In this document: piece by piece, positions 1-9,068 of the stretch
Position numbering within the stretch: position 1 is the stretch's first letter
Layout of the letters: every line of letters starts with the position of its first letter
Source: an uncultured delta proteobacterium
GTDB lineage: Bacteria; Myxococcota; UBA727; VGSZ01
NCBI GenBank assembly: GCA_963775425.1
Contig: CAVZJB010000016.1
Coordinates: 352,001-416,000, forward strand
DNA: 64,000 nt
Reading direction: 5' to 3'
The notes under the pieces: model-generated
Told to the model about the DNA's origin: nothing
Seen by the model: only the letters and a program-made list of their open reading frames with translations
Database searches by the model: none
Position numbers and translations under genes: made by a program

Positions 1-1901
1 CGCGACTCCACCTGGAAGACGCCGAGGGAGTCGGCGCGGCCGAGGGCGTCGTAGACGGCGGGGTCCTCGGGCGGGATGGTCGCCAGGCTCCACCGGCCGA
101 CGCCGTGGGCGGCGAGCAGCTCGAGGGCCTTGCGGATGCACGTGAGCATCCCGAGGCCGAGCACGTCCATCTTGAACAGCCCCAGGGTCTCGACGTCGTC
201 CTTGTCCCAGCACAAGACCGTGCGGTCCTCCATGCGCGCGGGCTCGACGGGGCCGAGGGTGGTGATGGGGGCGTCCGTCAGGATGAAGCCGCCGACGTGG
301 ATGCCCAGGTGCCGCGGGTGCCCCTGCAGCCGCCAGGACAGCTCCAAAGTCCGCGCGATTCGTCTGTCGAGCGGGTCGAGATCTGACGCGATAAGTGACT
401 GTCGCAACTGGGATTTCGACATCTCCCTCAAGCTCGAGTGCAACATGAGGTCTGCGATGCGGGCGGTGACCGCCTCGGAGAGGCCGTGGACCTTGCCGAC
501 CTCGCGCACGGCCGATCGTCCGCGATAGCTGATGACCTCGGCGACGAGGGCGGCGTGGTCGCGGCCGTACTTGTCGTAGATGGCCTGGATGACCTCTTCG
601 CGGCGCTCGTGCTCGAAGTCGACGTCGATGTCGGGGGGCTCGCCGCGCTCCTTGGACAGGAAGCGCTCGAAGAGCAGGCCCATGCGCACGGGGTCGATGG
701 AGGTGACGCCCAGGCACCAGCAGACGGCGCTGTTGGCGGCGGAGCCGCGGCCCTGACACAGGATGCCCTTGTCGCGGGCGATGTCGACGATGTCCTTCAC
801 CGTGAGGAAGTAGGCGGCGACGTTCATCTCGTCGATGAGCACCAGCTCGTGCTCGAGCTGCGCGCGCACGTCGGCGGGGACGCCTTCGGGGTAGCGCTCG
901 CGCGCCCCGGCCTCGACCGCCGCGCGCAGCCTGTCGATCTCGCGCGCCGGCGGCGCCGCCGGCGGCGCGCGCGACGCCGGGAACGCGTACGCGATCGCGC
1001 CGAGCTCGAAGCGGCACGCGTCCGCGATCGCGCGCGATCGCGCGATCGCGGGCTCGAGGCCGCGATCGCGGGCGATCGCGATCATCTCTTCGGTGCTCTT
1101 CATGTGCGCCCGGGCGTTCGGCAACAAGCGATGGCCGGCGGTCTCGAGGGTGAGGTGCTGGCGGATGCAGGTGACGACGTCGTGGAGCCGCTTGTCGCTC
1201 TTGTCGACGAGGAACGGCCGCGCGGAGAGCACGAGCGGCGCCCCGAGGCGCGCCGCCTGCGCGCGCGCGAACGCCAGGCGCGCCTTGTCCTCGGGGACGT
1301 CGTGGAAGCACACGCCGAAGGACAGGCGCTCCCCGAAGGCGTCGCGCAGGTCTCCGAGCGCCCCCTCGAAGAACAGCCCCGGCGTCACCGCCCACAGCCC
1401 CGCCGCCCGCTCGAGGACGCGGGAGAGGCGGTGGTCGACGTCGTCCTTGTCGAGCCCGCGCTTGGCCTCGGTGAGGATCTCGCACAGGCGCGCGTAGCCG
1501 GCGGCGTCTTCGGCGAAGAGCGCGAGCGGGCCCTCGTCGAGGTAGAGCTCGCAGCCGACGACGACCCGCACGCCGAGCTCCTTGCCCGCCGCGTGCGCGC
1601 GCACGACGCCGGCGAGGGTGTCGACGTCGGCGACGCCGACGGCGTCCTGCTCGAACACGGCCGCGCGCTCGACGACGCGCTCGGGCAGCCCTGCCCCGGG
1701 CCACGCCGCCTCGGCGTCGAGCAGCGAGCGCCCCTCGACGGGCCCGATGCCCTCGATGGTGATGCCCGAAAACGCCGTGCGCCCGAGCAGCTCCACGAAC
1801 GGGGAGCGCGCCCGCGCCAGCGGCGTCACCGTCGACGGCGCCGCCGGCTCCAGCACCGTGCGGGTGGCGGGATCCATCCGCGCCTTGCGACTGTCGGACA
1901 C
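1..1901 (-). CDS. dnaE2: Error-prone DNA polymerase III alpha subunit (5' part; runs off the window's left edge)
   Basis: Translated by hand (absent from the ORF track because it has no stop in the window). Motifs: PHP-like N-terminus, CQGRGSAANSAVC, LLFERFLSKER, PPDIDVDFEHERREEVIQ, PRHLGIHVGGF, WDKDD..LGLFKMDVLGLGML, DSLGVFQVES. In-frame GTG at 1901 or ATG at 1877. Confidence 0.93.
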   Translation of the reverse strand, partial: MSDSRKARMDPATRTVLEPAAPSTVTPLARARSPFVELLGRTAFSGITIEGIGPVEGRSLLDAEAAWPGAGLPERVVERAAVFEQDAVGVADVDTLAGVVRAHAAGKELGVRVVVGCELYLDEGPLALFAEDAAGYARLCEILTEAKRGLDKDDVDHRLSRVLERAAGLWAVTPGLFFEGALGDLRDAFGERLSFGVCFHDVPEDKARLAFARAQAARLGAPLVLSARPFLVDKSDKRLHDVVTCIRQHLTLETAGHRLLPNARAHMKSTEEMIAIARDRGLEPAIARSRAIADACRFELGAIAYAFPASRAPPAAPPAREIDRLRAAVEAGARERYPEGVPADVRAQLEHELVLIDEMNVAAYFLTVKDIVDIARDKGILCQGRGSAANSAVCWCLGVTSIDPVRMGLLFERFLSKERGEPPDIDVDFEHERREEVIQAIYDKYGRDHAALVAEVISYRGRSAVREVGKVHGLSEAVTARIADLMLHSSLREMSKSQLRQSLIASDLDPLDRRIARTLELSWRLQGHPRHLGIHVGGFILTDAPITTLGPVEPARMEDRTVLCWDKDDVETLGLFKMDVLGLGMLTCIRKALELLAAHGVGRWSLATIPPEDPAVYDALGRADSLGVFQVES

Positions 1902-1909
1902 ACCCTGAG

Positions 1910-1926
1910 CTATACATTTGTTCAGG
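1910..1926. promoter_or_regulatory. Myxococcus-type LexA (SOS) box overlapping the dnaE2 promoter
   Basis: CTATACATTTGTTCAGG matches the M. xanthus LexA consensus CTRHAMRYBYGTTCAGS (recalled from memory) at all 17 positions. On the minus strand it lies just downstream of TTGACG and overlaps TATAGC, immediately upstream of dnaE2. Confidence 0.8.
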
Positions 1927-2097
1927 TCTCGTCAACGGTTGACGTAATGCGAATTCCGTCAACTCGTGCAGAGCCGGGCTCCCTCCCCACGGGTTGATGA
2001 CCTTGATGCCGCGCGCACGCGCGCCTTGCTCTGCTCCACGGCGCGCTGACGTGGAGCACCGTTGACGACGCGCCCCGCCGCCGCCTACGATCGAAGC

Positions 2098-2120
2098 ACG
2101 CGCCACCCGGCGCGTTTTTT
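2098..2120 (+). terminator. Intrinsic terminator
   Basis: Hairpin ACGCGCC-accc-GGCGCGT running into a T6 tract. Confidence 0.65.
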
Positions 2121-2275
2121 CGTCTCCGGTCGCGGCTCCGATCGCGCCTCCCCACGCGACTCCCCATGCGGCGCCGGCCCCCGGCGCGTCCGCGACGGCG
2201 CTCGTGTCGTCGAACGCCGCGCGGCGTTCGCGGCCACCTGCCCCTCGAGCCGGCCGCGCCCTCGACGAGGATCCG

Positions 2276-2791
2276 ATGCGAAGACCCGACCTCGCGCCCG
2301 ACTGCGGGCGCTGCGCAGCCGTGTGCTGCGTCGCCCTGCCCTTCGACGCCTGCGAGGACTTCGCCGTCGCGAAGGGCGCGGACACCGCCTGCCCACACCT
2401 CGCCGCCGACTGCCGCTGCCGCATCCACGACGCGCTCGAGGCGCGCGGCTTCCGCGGCTGCGCAATCTTCGACTGCTACGGCGCCGGCCAGCGCGCGACC
2501 CGCTTCGACGTCGCGGACCCGGCGTTGCGCAACGAGGCCTTCCGCGCGCTGCGCGTGCTGCACGAGCTGCTCTTCCTGCTCACCGAGGCGCGGAAGCTCC
2601 CGGCGGCGGCCGCTGTCCGCCCGGCGCTCGCCGACGAGATCGAGCGGCTCGACGCCCTCGCCGCGTCGACGCCGCGGGCGCTCGCCGCCCTCGACGTGCG
2701 CCCGCGGGTCACCGACACCCACGCGCTGTTGCGCCGGATTGGGCGGCTCCATCGCGCGCCCCGACGCGGCGCGCTCGTCGTCATCGAATGA
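2276..2791 (+). CDS. Cys-rich protein resembling the N-terminal domain of pentapeptide-repeat proteins / YkgJ-like Fe-S or Zn cluster
   Basis: Motif DCGRCAAVCCVALPF...KGADTACPHL..DCRCRIH...GFRGCAIFDCYGAGQ. ATG at 2276 lies within ORF 2204..2791. Confidence 0.65.
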   Translation: MRRPDLAPDCGRCAAVCCVALPFDACEDFAVAKGADTACPHLAADCRCRIHDALEARGFRGCAIFDCYGAGQRATRFDVADPALRNEAFRALRVLHELLFLLTEARKLPAAAAVRPALADEIERLDALAASTPRALAALDVRPRVTDTHALLRRIGRLHRAPRRGALVVIE

Positions 2792-3084
2792 CCCCGAGCG
2801 GCGCCGGCGACGCAGTGCGGCGCGGAGGGTCGCGGAGAGCAATCCGTTTTCACGGATGCGGTCAGATCTGACGGATATACTAAATGGCCACGAATGACTC
2901 TCGGGTCAACCCTTGTCGCGCCTCCCGCAGCGACGTCGTCGACGAGGAGACATCGGATCAACGACCGATAGGCCCCGGGTCCCACGATATACAAAACGCC
3001 GTGAACACCCTGGAAAGGTCAATTCTCAGGCGCTATGTCAGCCGCCTTCGCACCTGGACCTAGGTGCAATGACGGAGGCCGATC

Positions 3085-6000
3085 GTGTTGCGCTTCGCCC
3101 GGCTCGCTCCCCTTGCTCTGCCGCTCGTGTTCTCCGCCTGCAACTGTGACGAGGTGCTCGGCCAGCTCCCCGCGCCCCTCGCGGTGCTCGCGCACGGCGC
3201 CGACGAGACCCCGCCGCTCGACATCGTCCAGGTCGGCCTCGATCCCACGCCGCTGGCCACCACCGCCACCGTGGACCTCGACCTGCGAAACGACGGCAAC
3301 GCCGACCTCGTCGTCTCCGACGTCGTCTTCGGCAGCGACCCGGACCTCTGCCCCGCGCCGTCGGGCGCCTTCACCATCGAGGACCCGCAGGGCCCCGCGC
3401 CGCGCACCTTCACGCTCAAAAAGACCACCAGGCGCACGCTCACCGTCGGCTTCACCCCCACCTCGGGCGCCCCCGGCTGCACCGTCGTCGAGGTCCACAG
3501 CAACGACCCGGCGAGCCCCGTCCTGCGCGCGGTCATCACCGGCCAGGGTGACGCCCCGCAGTTGTGCACCGATCGCGGCATCATCGACTTCGGCGAGGTC
3601 TTCGTCGGCGATCACAAGGACGACACCGTCCACCTCACCTCGTGCGGCACGCGCCCCATCACCATCACCGGCGCCACCCTCAACGAGCAGTTCCCCGATC
3701 CCTTCACCGCCGCGGCCGTCGCCACCGGCGCGCCGCTCGCGCCCGGCGACGCCATCGACATCCCCGTCACCTTCGCGCCGCTCGTCGAGGGCACCTGGTC
3801 CATCAACAACGGCACCTCCGGGACCATCTCGCTCACCACGGACGCGCCGCAGGCCGCGGACTATCGCGTCGACCTCGTCGGCACCGCCCGCCGTCCGCCC
3901 TCGTGCGAGATCCAGGTGGTCCCCGACGTCGTCCAGTTCGGCAACATCGGCCAGGACCGCACGTCGACGCAGTCGGTGTTCGTGCGCAACATCGGTGAGC
4001 TCGCCTGCACGTTCACGTCGGCGGACATCCGCGAGCCCGCGGGCTCGTTCACGCGCAACCTCGTCAGCCTCGCGGGCGGCGACGTGCTGCAGCCGCAGCA
4101 GTCGGGTCAGGTCGACGTCACCTTCGCGCCCACCGCGGTGAACGGCGTGGAGAACGGCTTCCTCGACGTCGTCACCGACGACCCCGTCAACCCCGCCATC
4201 GCCGTGCCCCTCGAGGGCACCAGCGTCGAGGTCACGCCCTGCTTCCTCGAGGCGCAGCCCACCGCGCTGAACTTCGGCGTGCAGCCCATCCTCCACTCCG
4301 TCGAGCGCACCGTCACGCTCACCAACGTCGGCACCGACAGCTGCATCCTCAAGCACGCGCAGCTCGCCGCCGGCGCCCCCGACTTCACCGTGCTCGAGCC
4401 CGCGCTGCCCATCACCCCCGTGCCCTCGGGCTCGAGCGTCGGCGTCGTCGCCACGTTCCGCCCGCAGAGCGCGGGCAGCAAGACGGGCACCGCGCGCATC
4501 ACCTACAAGCTCTTCGGCTTCGGAAACCCGGACCAGACCCTCGACGTGCCGCTCTCCGGCCAGGCGCAGGCGCCGTGCATCTCGGTCACGCCGCAGGACA
4601 TCGACTACGGCACCGTCGCCGCCGGCGCCACCGCCGACCGCGACGTCACCGTGCGCAACTGCGGCGGCGTCGACCTCTCCATCCGCGGCGTCTCGCTGCG
4701 CACGGGGTCCGACCCGGGCTTCGCCGTCAGCGCGGCGCCGGCCGTGCCGACGGTCATCGCGGCGGGCGCGGCGGAGACGGTGACGGTGCGCGCTGCGCCG
4801 CAGGCCGCGGGCGCGATGTTCGGCACGCTCGAGGTGCTCTCCGACGTCGATCCGCAGCTCGTGTCGCTCCGGGCCAACGCGCCCGACGGCTGCAACAACG
4901 GCCTCGTGTGCCGCCCCGACCACGTCGCCTTCGGCGAGGTCGAGGTGGACGGCTCGCTCGTCAAATCCATCATCTGCGTGAACCCGTCCAACACCACGGT
5001 GACGCTGTCGCCGAGCGGCATCTCGGATCCGTTCACGGTGGTGAGCGCGCCGGCGTCGGTGCCGCCCAACGGACAGGCCGTCATCCGCGTCAAGTACGCG
5101 CCCACGGCGGCGGGCGACGACAGCGCCACCCTGAGCCTCGGCGCCAACACGTGCTCGGGCGCGCCGCTCACGGCGGGCCTGCGCGGCACCGGCGTCGACG
5201 ACGACCTGCCGCCCTGCCCCACGGCGAGCACGTTCGACCCGCAAGAGGTGTGGAACTGGGATGGCGGCACCACCGCGCCGAGCTCCAACCAGGTGTGGAC
5301 CACGGCGCTCGTGTCGCGCCTCGAGGACACCGACGGTGACGGCGCCGTCACCCGCGCCGATATGCCGCGCGTCATCTTCCTGTCCTTCGACAAGGCGGAC
5401 TCGCACCTGTTGAGCGGCGTCGGCATCGGCGGCAGCGACCAGATCAACGACCCCATCCCCGGCCTGCTGCGCGCCGTCGACGGCGCCACCGGCGCCGAGG
5501 TGTGGACCGCCGGCAACGACGACCCCGAGCACCGCTTGAACTCCTCGGTGACGCCGGCGCTCGCGGACATCGACGGCGACGGCTGCGTCGACATCATCGG
5601 CGAGAAGTACGTGCTCCTGCCCGGCGTCGAGGAGATCCCGAACGGGCCCAAGGTCCTCGGCAAGTTCGCGCGCGGCAACCTGATCGCCTTCGACTGCCAC
5701 GGCGCCTTCAAGTGGATCTCCGACGAGTGGACCCGCAGCGCCAACGAGCTCGAGGACGACGGCGGCATCGCCGTCGGCGACGTCGACGGCGACGGCTTCG
5801 CCGAGATCGCCGTGGCCGACCACCTCTACGACCACAACGGCCACCTCCTGTGGCGCGGCGGCCGCGGCATCGGCAGCGCGGGCCACGGCCCGGTGAGCGT
5901 GCTCGCCGACGTCGACGGCCAGCCCGGCCTCGAGCTGGTGGCGGGCCCGACGGTGTACCGCGCCGACGGCTCCATCCTGTGGGATCACCTCGACGACGTC

Positions 6001-6759
6001 GGCTACGACGGCCTGCCCGCGGTGGCGGACCTCGACGGCGACGGCATCAACGAGGTCGTGTTCCGCAGCGGCGAGGTGGACGTGTTCGAGGGCCCCACCG
6101 GCCAGCGGCTCGCGGGCCCGCGCTACCCGGCCACGCGCTCGTCGATGTCCGGCCCCGACTGCGACTTTCAGGCGGGCAACGATCCGAGCGCCGGCGACGA
6201 CACCGACCCCTGCAACATCATCCCCGCCAACCCGGCGCTCATGGACATCGACCACGACGGCCACCTCGACATCGCGGTCCCCGCGCAGCAGCAGCTCGAC
6301 TGCTACGACATGAACCTGAACGAGATGTGGCGCGGCACCATCTACGACGGCACGGGCGCTTCGGGCCCGATGGGCTTCGACTTCGAGGCCGACGGCTACC
6401 AAAACGTCGTGTTCGCCGACGAGAGCCACCTGTTCGGCTGGAACTCCACGGGCGGCGTCGTGTACCAGGCCGCGCGGCAGAGCGTGACGATGTACGAGTA
6501 CCCGAGCCTCGCCGACATCAACAACGACGGGCACGCCAACTTCCTCATCGGCAGCAACGACCCGTTCATCGGCGTCGCCCACGGGCTGAAGGCCTACGCC
6601 AACACCGGCACGGGGTGGGCGCAGGCGCGCGGCATCTGGAACCAGCACCCGTACATCGAGGACCTCATCAGCGAGCTCGGCACGCCCATCCCGAACACCA
6701 CGGGCGCCATGCCGTACCGCGCGGGCTTCCGCACGGCCACGCCGCAGTGCGTCCCCTGA
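3085..6759 (+). CDS. Large surface lipoprotein: tandem choice-of-anchor D (ASH/Ig-like) domains plus FG-GAP/VCBS beta-propeller
   Basis: Lipobox FSAC. About six repeats of xxxDFGxV...VxLxNxG. C-terminal ADIDGDG/GDVDGDG/ADLDGDG repeats and a WNQH motif. Confidence 0.8.
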   Translation: MLRFARLAPLALPLVFSACNCDEVLGQLPAPLAVLAHGADETPPLDIVQVGLDPTPLATTATVDLDLRNDGNADLVVSDVVFGSDPDLCPAPSGAFTIEDPQGPAPRTFTLKKTTRRTLTVGFTPTSGAPGCTVVEVHSNDPASPVLRAVITGQGDAPQLCTDRGIIDFGEVFVGDHKDDTVHLTSCGTRPITITGATLNEQFPDPFTAAAVATGAPLAPGDAIDIPVTFAPLVEGTWSINNGTSGTISLTTDAPQAADYRVDLVGTARRPPSCEIQVVPDVVQFGNIGQDRTSTQSVFVRNIGELACTFTSADIREPAGSFTRNLVSLAGGDVLQPQQSGQVDVTFAPTAVNGVENGFLDVVTDDPVNPAIAVPLEGTSVEVTPCFLEAQPTALNFGVQPILHSVERTVTLTNVGTDSCILKHAQLAAGAPDFTVLEPALPITPVPSGSSVGVVATFRPQSAGSKTGTARITYKLFGFGNPDQTLDVPLSGQAQAPCISVTPQDIDYGTVAAGATADRDVTVRNCGGVDLSIRGVSLRTGSDPGFAVSAAPAVPTVIAAGAAETVTVRAAPQAAGAMFGTLEVLSDVDPQLVSLRANAPDGCNNGLVCRPDHVAFGEVEVDGSLVKSIICVNPSNTTVTLSPSGISDPFTVVSAPASVPPNGQAVIRVKYAPTAAGDDSATLSLGANTCSGAPLTAGLRGTGVDDDLPPCPTASTFDPQEVWNWDGGTTAPSSNQVWTTALVSRLEDTDGDGAVTRADMPRVIFLSFDKADSHLLSGVGIGGSDQINDPIPGLLRAVDGATGAEVWTAGNDDPEHRLNSSVTPALADIDGDGCVDIIGEKYVLLPGVEEIPNGPKVLGKFARGNLIAFDCHGAFKWISDEWTRSANELEDDGGIAVGDVDGDGFAEIAVADHLYDHNGHLLWRGGRGIGSAGHGPVSVLADVDGQPGLELVAGPTVYRADGSILWDHLDDVGYDGLPAVADLDGDGINEVVFRSGEVDVFEGPTGQRLAGPRYPATRSSMSGPDCDFQAGNDPSAGDDTDPCNIIPANPALMDIDHDGHLDIAVPAQQQLDCYDMNLNEMWRGTIYDGTGASGPMGFDFEADGYQNVVFADESHLFGWNSTGGVVYQAARQSVTMYEYPSLADINNDGHANFLIGSNDPFIGVAHGLKAYANTGTGWAQARGIWNQHPYIEDLISELGTPIPNTTGAMPYRAGFRTATPQCVP

Positions 6760-6761
6760 GC

Positions 6762-6831
6762 CGCGTGCTCTGACGCGCGTGCTCTGACCCGCGTGCTCTG
6801 ACGCGCGTGCTCTGACCCGCGTGCTCTGAAG
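6762..6831 (+). repeat. 14-bp tandem repeat x5
   Basis: Unit CGCGTGCTCTGAC(G/C), last base alternating G/C; the fifth copy ends GAAG. Starts just after the lipoprotein stop codon. Confidence 0.95.
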
Positions 6832-6887
6832 CGGGGGCTCCGGCTGTGGCGCGGCGGCGTGTCCGTCGCCATGCTAAAGCCGAGGCC

Positions 6888-7728
6888 ATGCTGCTCGCGC
6901 TCGCGCTGACCCTCGCCGCCCAGACCGACGCCGGCCTCGCCGACGCCGGTTTCGTCGATGGGGGCCTCGTCGATGGGGGGGCGCGTGACGCCGGGCAGGT
7001 CGTTTTTCGAGGAGGCGGTGCCGTTCTCGCTGCAGGCGGTGGGGGCCGAGCAGGCCATCCTCGTCGTCACCGAGGACTGGCACTCCACCATCGGCACGCT
7101 CAAGCGCTTCGAGAAGGTCGGCAAGCGCTGGATGCAGCTCGGGCCGCCCATCGAGATCGTCGTCGGGGAAAACGGGCTCGGCTGGGGCCTCGGCCTTCAC
7201 CCGCTCGGCGTCGGCGAGCCGCGCAAGCTCGAGGGCGACGCCCGCGCGCCCGCCGGCGTGTTCGCCATCGCGTCGGCGTTCGGGCGAGGGGCGCCCGCGG
7301 TGAAGACCAAGATGCCGTGGCTGTCGTCGACGCCGTCGCTCGTGTGCGTCGACGACCCCAAGAGCGCCCGTTACAATCGCATCGTCGACGCCTCCGCCGA
7401 CGCCGACGCCGGCCCGCCCGCGCTCGGCTCCTCGGCGTTCGAGAGCGCCGAGCCCCTGCTGCGCGACGACGGCCTCTACGACGTCGCGCTCCTCGTCGAC
7501 CACAACGGCCTCGGCGACGTGAAGCGCCGCGTGATCCCGGGCCGCGGCAGTTGCGCCTTCCTCCACGTGTGGAAGCGCAAGGGCCGCGCCACCGACGGGA
7601 CCACCGCCATGGCGCGCTGGGACATCGAGAAGATCCTCGAGTGGCTCGAGCCGGACAAGCACCCCGTGCTCATCCAGCTCCCGAAGGAAGAGTGGGTCAA
7701 GCGCCGCTACCCCTGGGGCCTGCCGTAA
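6888..7728 (+). pseudogene. YkuD-like L,D-transpeptidase family protein, apparently frameshifted, with the catalytic Cys replaced by Thr
   Basis: Signal peptide and DAG repeats from ATG 6888 are in one frame; the catalytic body (KLEGDARAPAGVF, GSCAFLHVW...TDGTTAM) is in the +1 frame. The junction falls at the T5 run 7003-7007. Confidence 0.6.
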
Positions 7729-7836
7729 TGATGCGCTGACGCGCATGAACAGCCGCGCGCTCCCCGCTCACGCTCCCGCGTCGATGACGACGGAAACGCG
7801 ACGGGCCGGGGATTGTCCCCCGCCTTCACAGAGCCT

Positions 7837-9042
7837 TCACCGCGCGAACGCCCCCGCCTTGTCGAGGGTCTCCTGCCACTCGGCCTCGGGCTCGCTGTCG
7901 ACGACGATGCCGCCGCCCACATGCAGCGCACCCTCGCCTTGGTCAGGGCGAAGCCACGTGCGGATGAGCAGCGAGGAGCGCAGCGTGCCCCTGTCGAGGA
8001 GCGCGAGCACGCCGGTGTAGGGCCCGCGCGGGCCGTCCTCGAGGGCGCAGATGACCTCGACCGCGCTCGACTTGGGCGCGCCCGTGATGGACCCGCCCGG
8101 CGCCGTGGCCTCGAGGAGCTCGGCGAGGCCCACGTCGGGGCGCAGGCGCGCGGCCACGGTGCTCTCGAGGTGGTGCACGTTCTTCACGCTGATGACCTCG
8201 AGGAGCCGCTCGACCGTGACACCGCCGGCGACGGCGACCTTGCCGAGGTCGTTTCGCAACAGGTCCACGATCATCACGTGCTCGGCGCGGTCCTTCTCCG
8301 ACGCGCACAGCTCCGCGAGCAAGCGGCGGTCCTCCTCCCCGTGTACGCTCCGGGGGCGCGTGCCCTTGATGGGGAACGCGCGCGCCACCCGCCCCTCGCC
8401 CTCGACGTCGACGCTCACGAAGCGCTCCGGCGACAGCGACACGATCGAGCCCCAGCCGGGGACGTCCACGAGCGCGGCGCAGGGCGCGTCGCGCGCCAGG
8501 AAGAACGCGAGGCCCTCGGCGAAGGTGGCGGGCTCGACGACGAGGCGGTGGGCGAGGTTGGCCTGGTAGATGACCCCGTCGAGCAGGTGCTCCCGCGCGG
8601 CCCTCACCCGCTCCACGTGCGCGTCGTGGGCCCCGTCGCGCTGCCGGCTTCGAGGGGGCGACGCCGCCTGTGCGTCGAGGCCGAAGGTGGCCGCGAGTGA
8701 CGCGCCGGGCACGCCGCCGGCGGGTCCCTCGCCGCCGCGCGCGTCGCGCGCACGGAGCGCGCGCACGAGCACGTCGGGGCCCAGGGCCGGCGCGCGGGGC
8801 TTTCGGGGCGCGCGCGCGTCGAGGGAGACGCAGGCCTCGTACGACAGCAGCAGCAGCACGGGGCCCTTCGCGCTCTCGGCCTCGGCGAGGCGCAGCGCGT
8901 CACGGACGCGCGCGCCGTCGTCGGGGGTGCCCGAGAGGGCCAGGCGGACGTCGTCACCCGCCCCGGCGTCGCCGGCGGCCTCGTAGACACGCGGGCCGCC
9001 CAGCCGACTGCCTGTGATGACGACGAGCCCCGCTTGCCTCAT
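7837..9042 (-). CDS. pabB: Aminodeoxychorismate synthase component I / chorismate-binding enzyme
   Basis: Motifs SPERF, PIKGTRPR, SEKDRAEHVMIVDLLRNDL, PGGSITGAPK, GGGIVVDS...EWQET. Confidence 0.75.
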   Translation of the reverse strand: MRQAGLVVITGSRLGGPRVYEAAGDAGAGDDVRLALSGTPDDGARVRDALRLAEAESAKGPVLLLLSYEACVSLDARAPRKPRAPALGPDVLVRALRARDARGGEGPAGGVPGASLAATFGLDAQAASPPRSRQRDGAHDAHVERVRAAREHLLDGVIYQANLAHRLVVEPATFAEGLAFFLARDAPCAALVDVPGWGSIVSLSPERFVSVDVEGEGRVARAFPIKGTRPRSVHGEEDRRLLAELCASEKDRAEHVMIVDLLRNDLGKVAVAGGVTVERLLEVISVKNVHHLESTVAARLRPDVGLAELLEATAPGGSITGAPKSSAVEVICALEDGPRGPYTGVLALLDRGTLRSSLLIRTWLRPDQGEGALHVGGGIVVDSEPEAEWQETLDKAGAFAR

Positions 9043-9068
9043 GTGCTCAGCCTCATTATCCCGTCGAC

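Noticed and set aside
382-410. Possible dif site inside dnaE2 (xerD is nearby)
   Set aside because: It has an ATAA but no TTATGTTAAAT-like XerD arm at the 6-bp spacing.
1929-2068. Retron msr-msd (a1/a2-like inverted repeats)
   Set aside because: There is no reverse transcriptase gene nearby; kept only as a generic structured-RNA candidate.
2858-2885. Possible dif site (ATATACTAAAT resembles a XerD arm)
   Set aside because: It lacks the inner ATAA/TTAT dyad and any XerC arm; TATACT is more simply a -10 element.
6762-6831. CRISPR array (also considered for 43752-43841)
   Set aside because: The repeats are head-to-tail with no unique spacers, and there are no cas genes.
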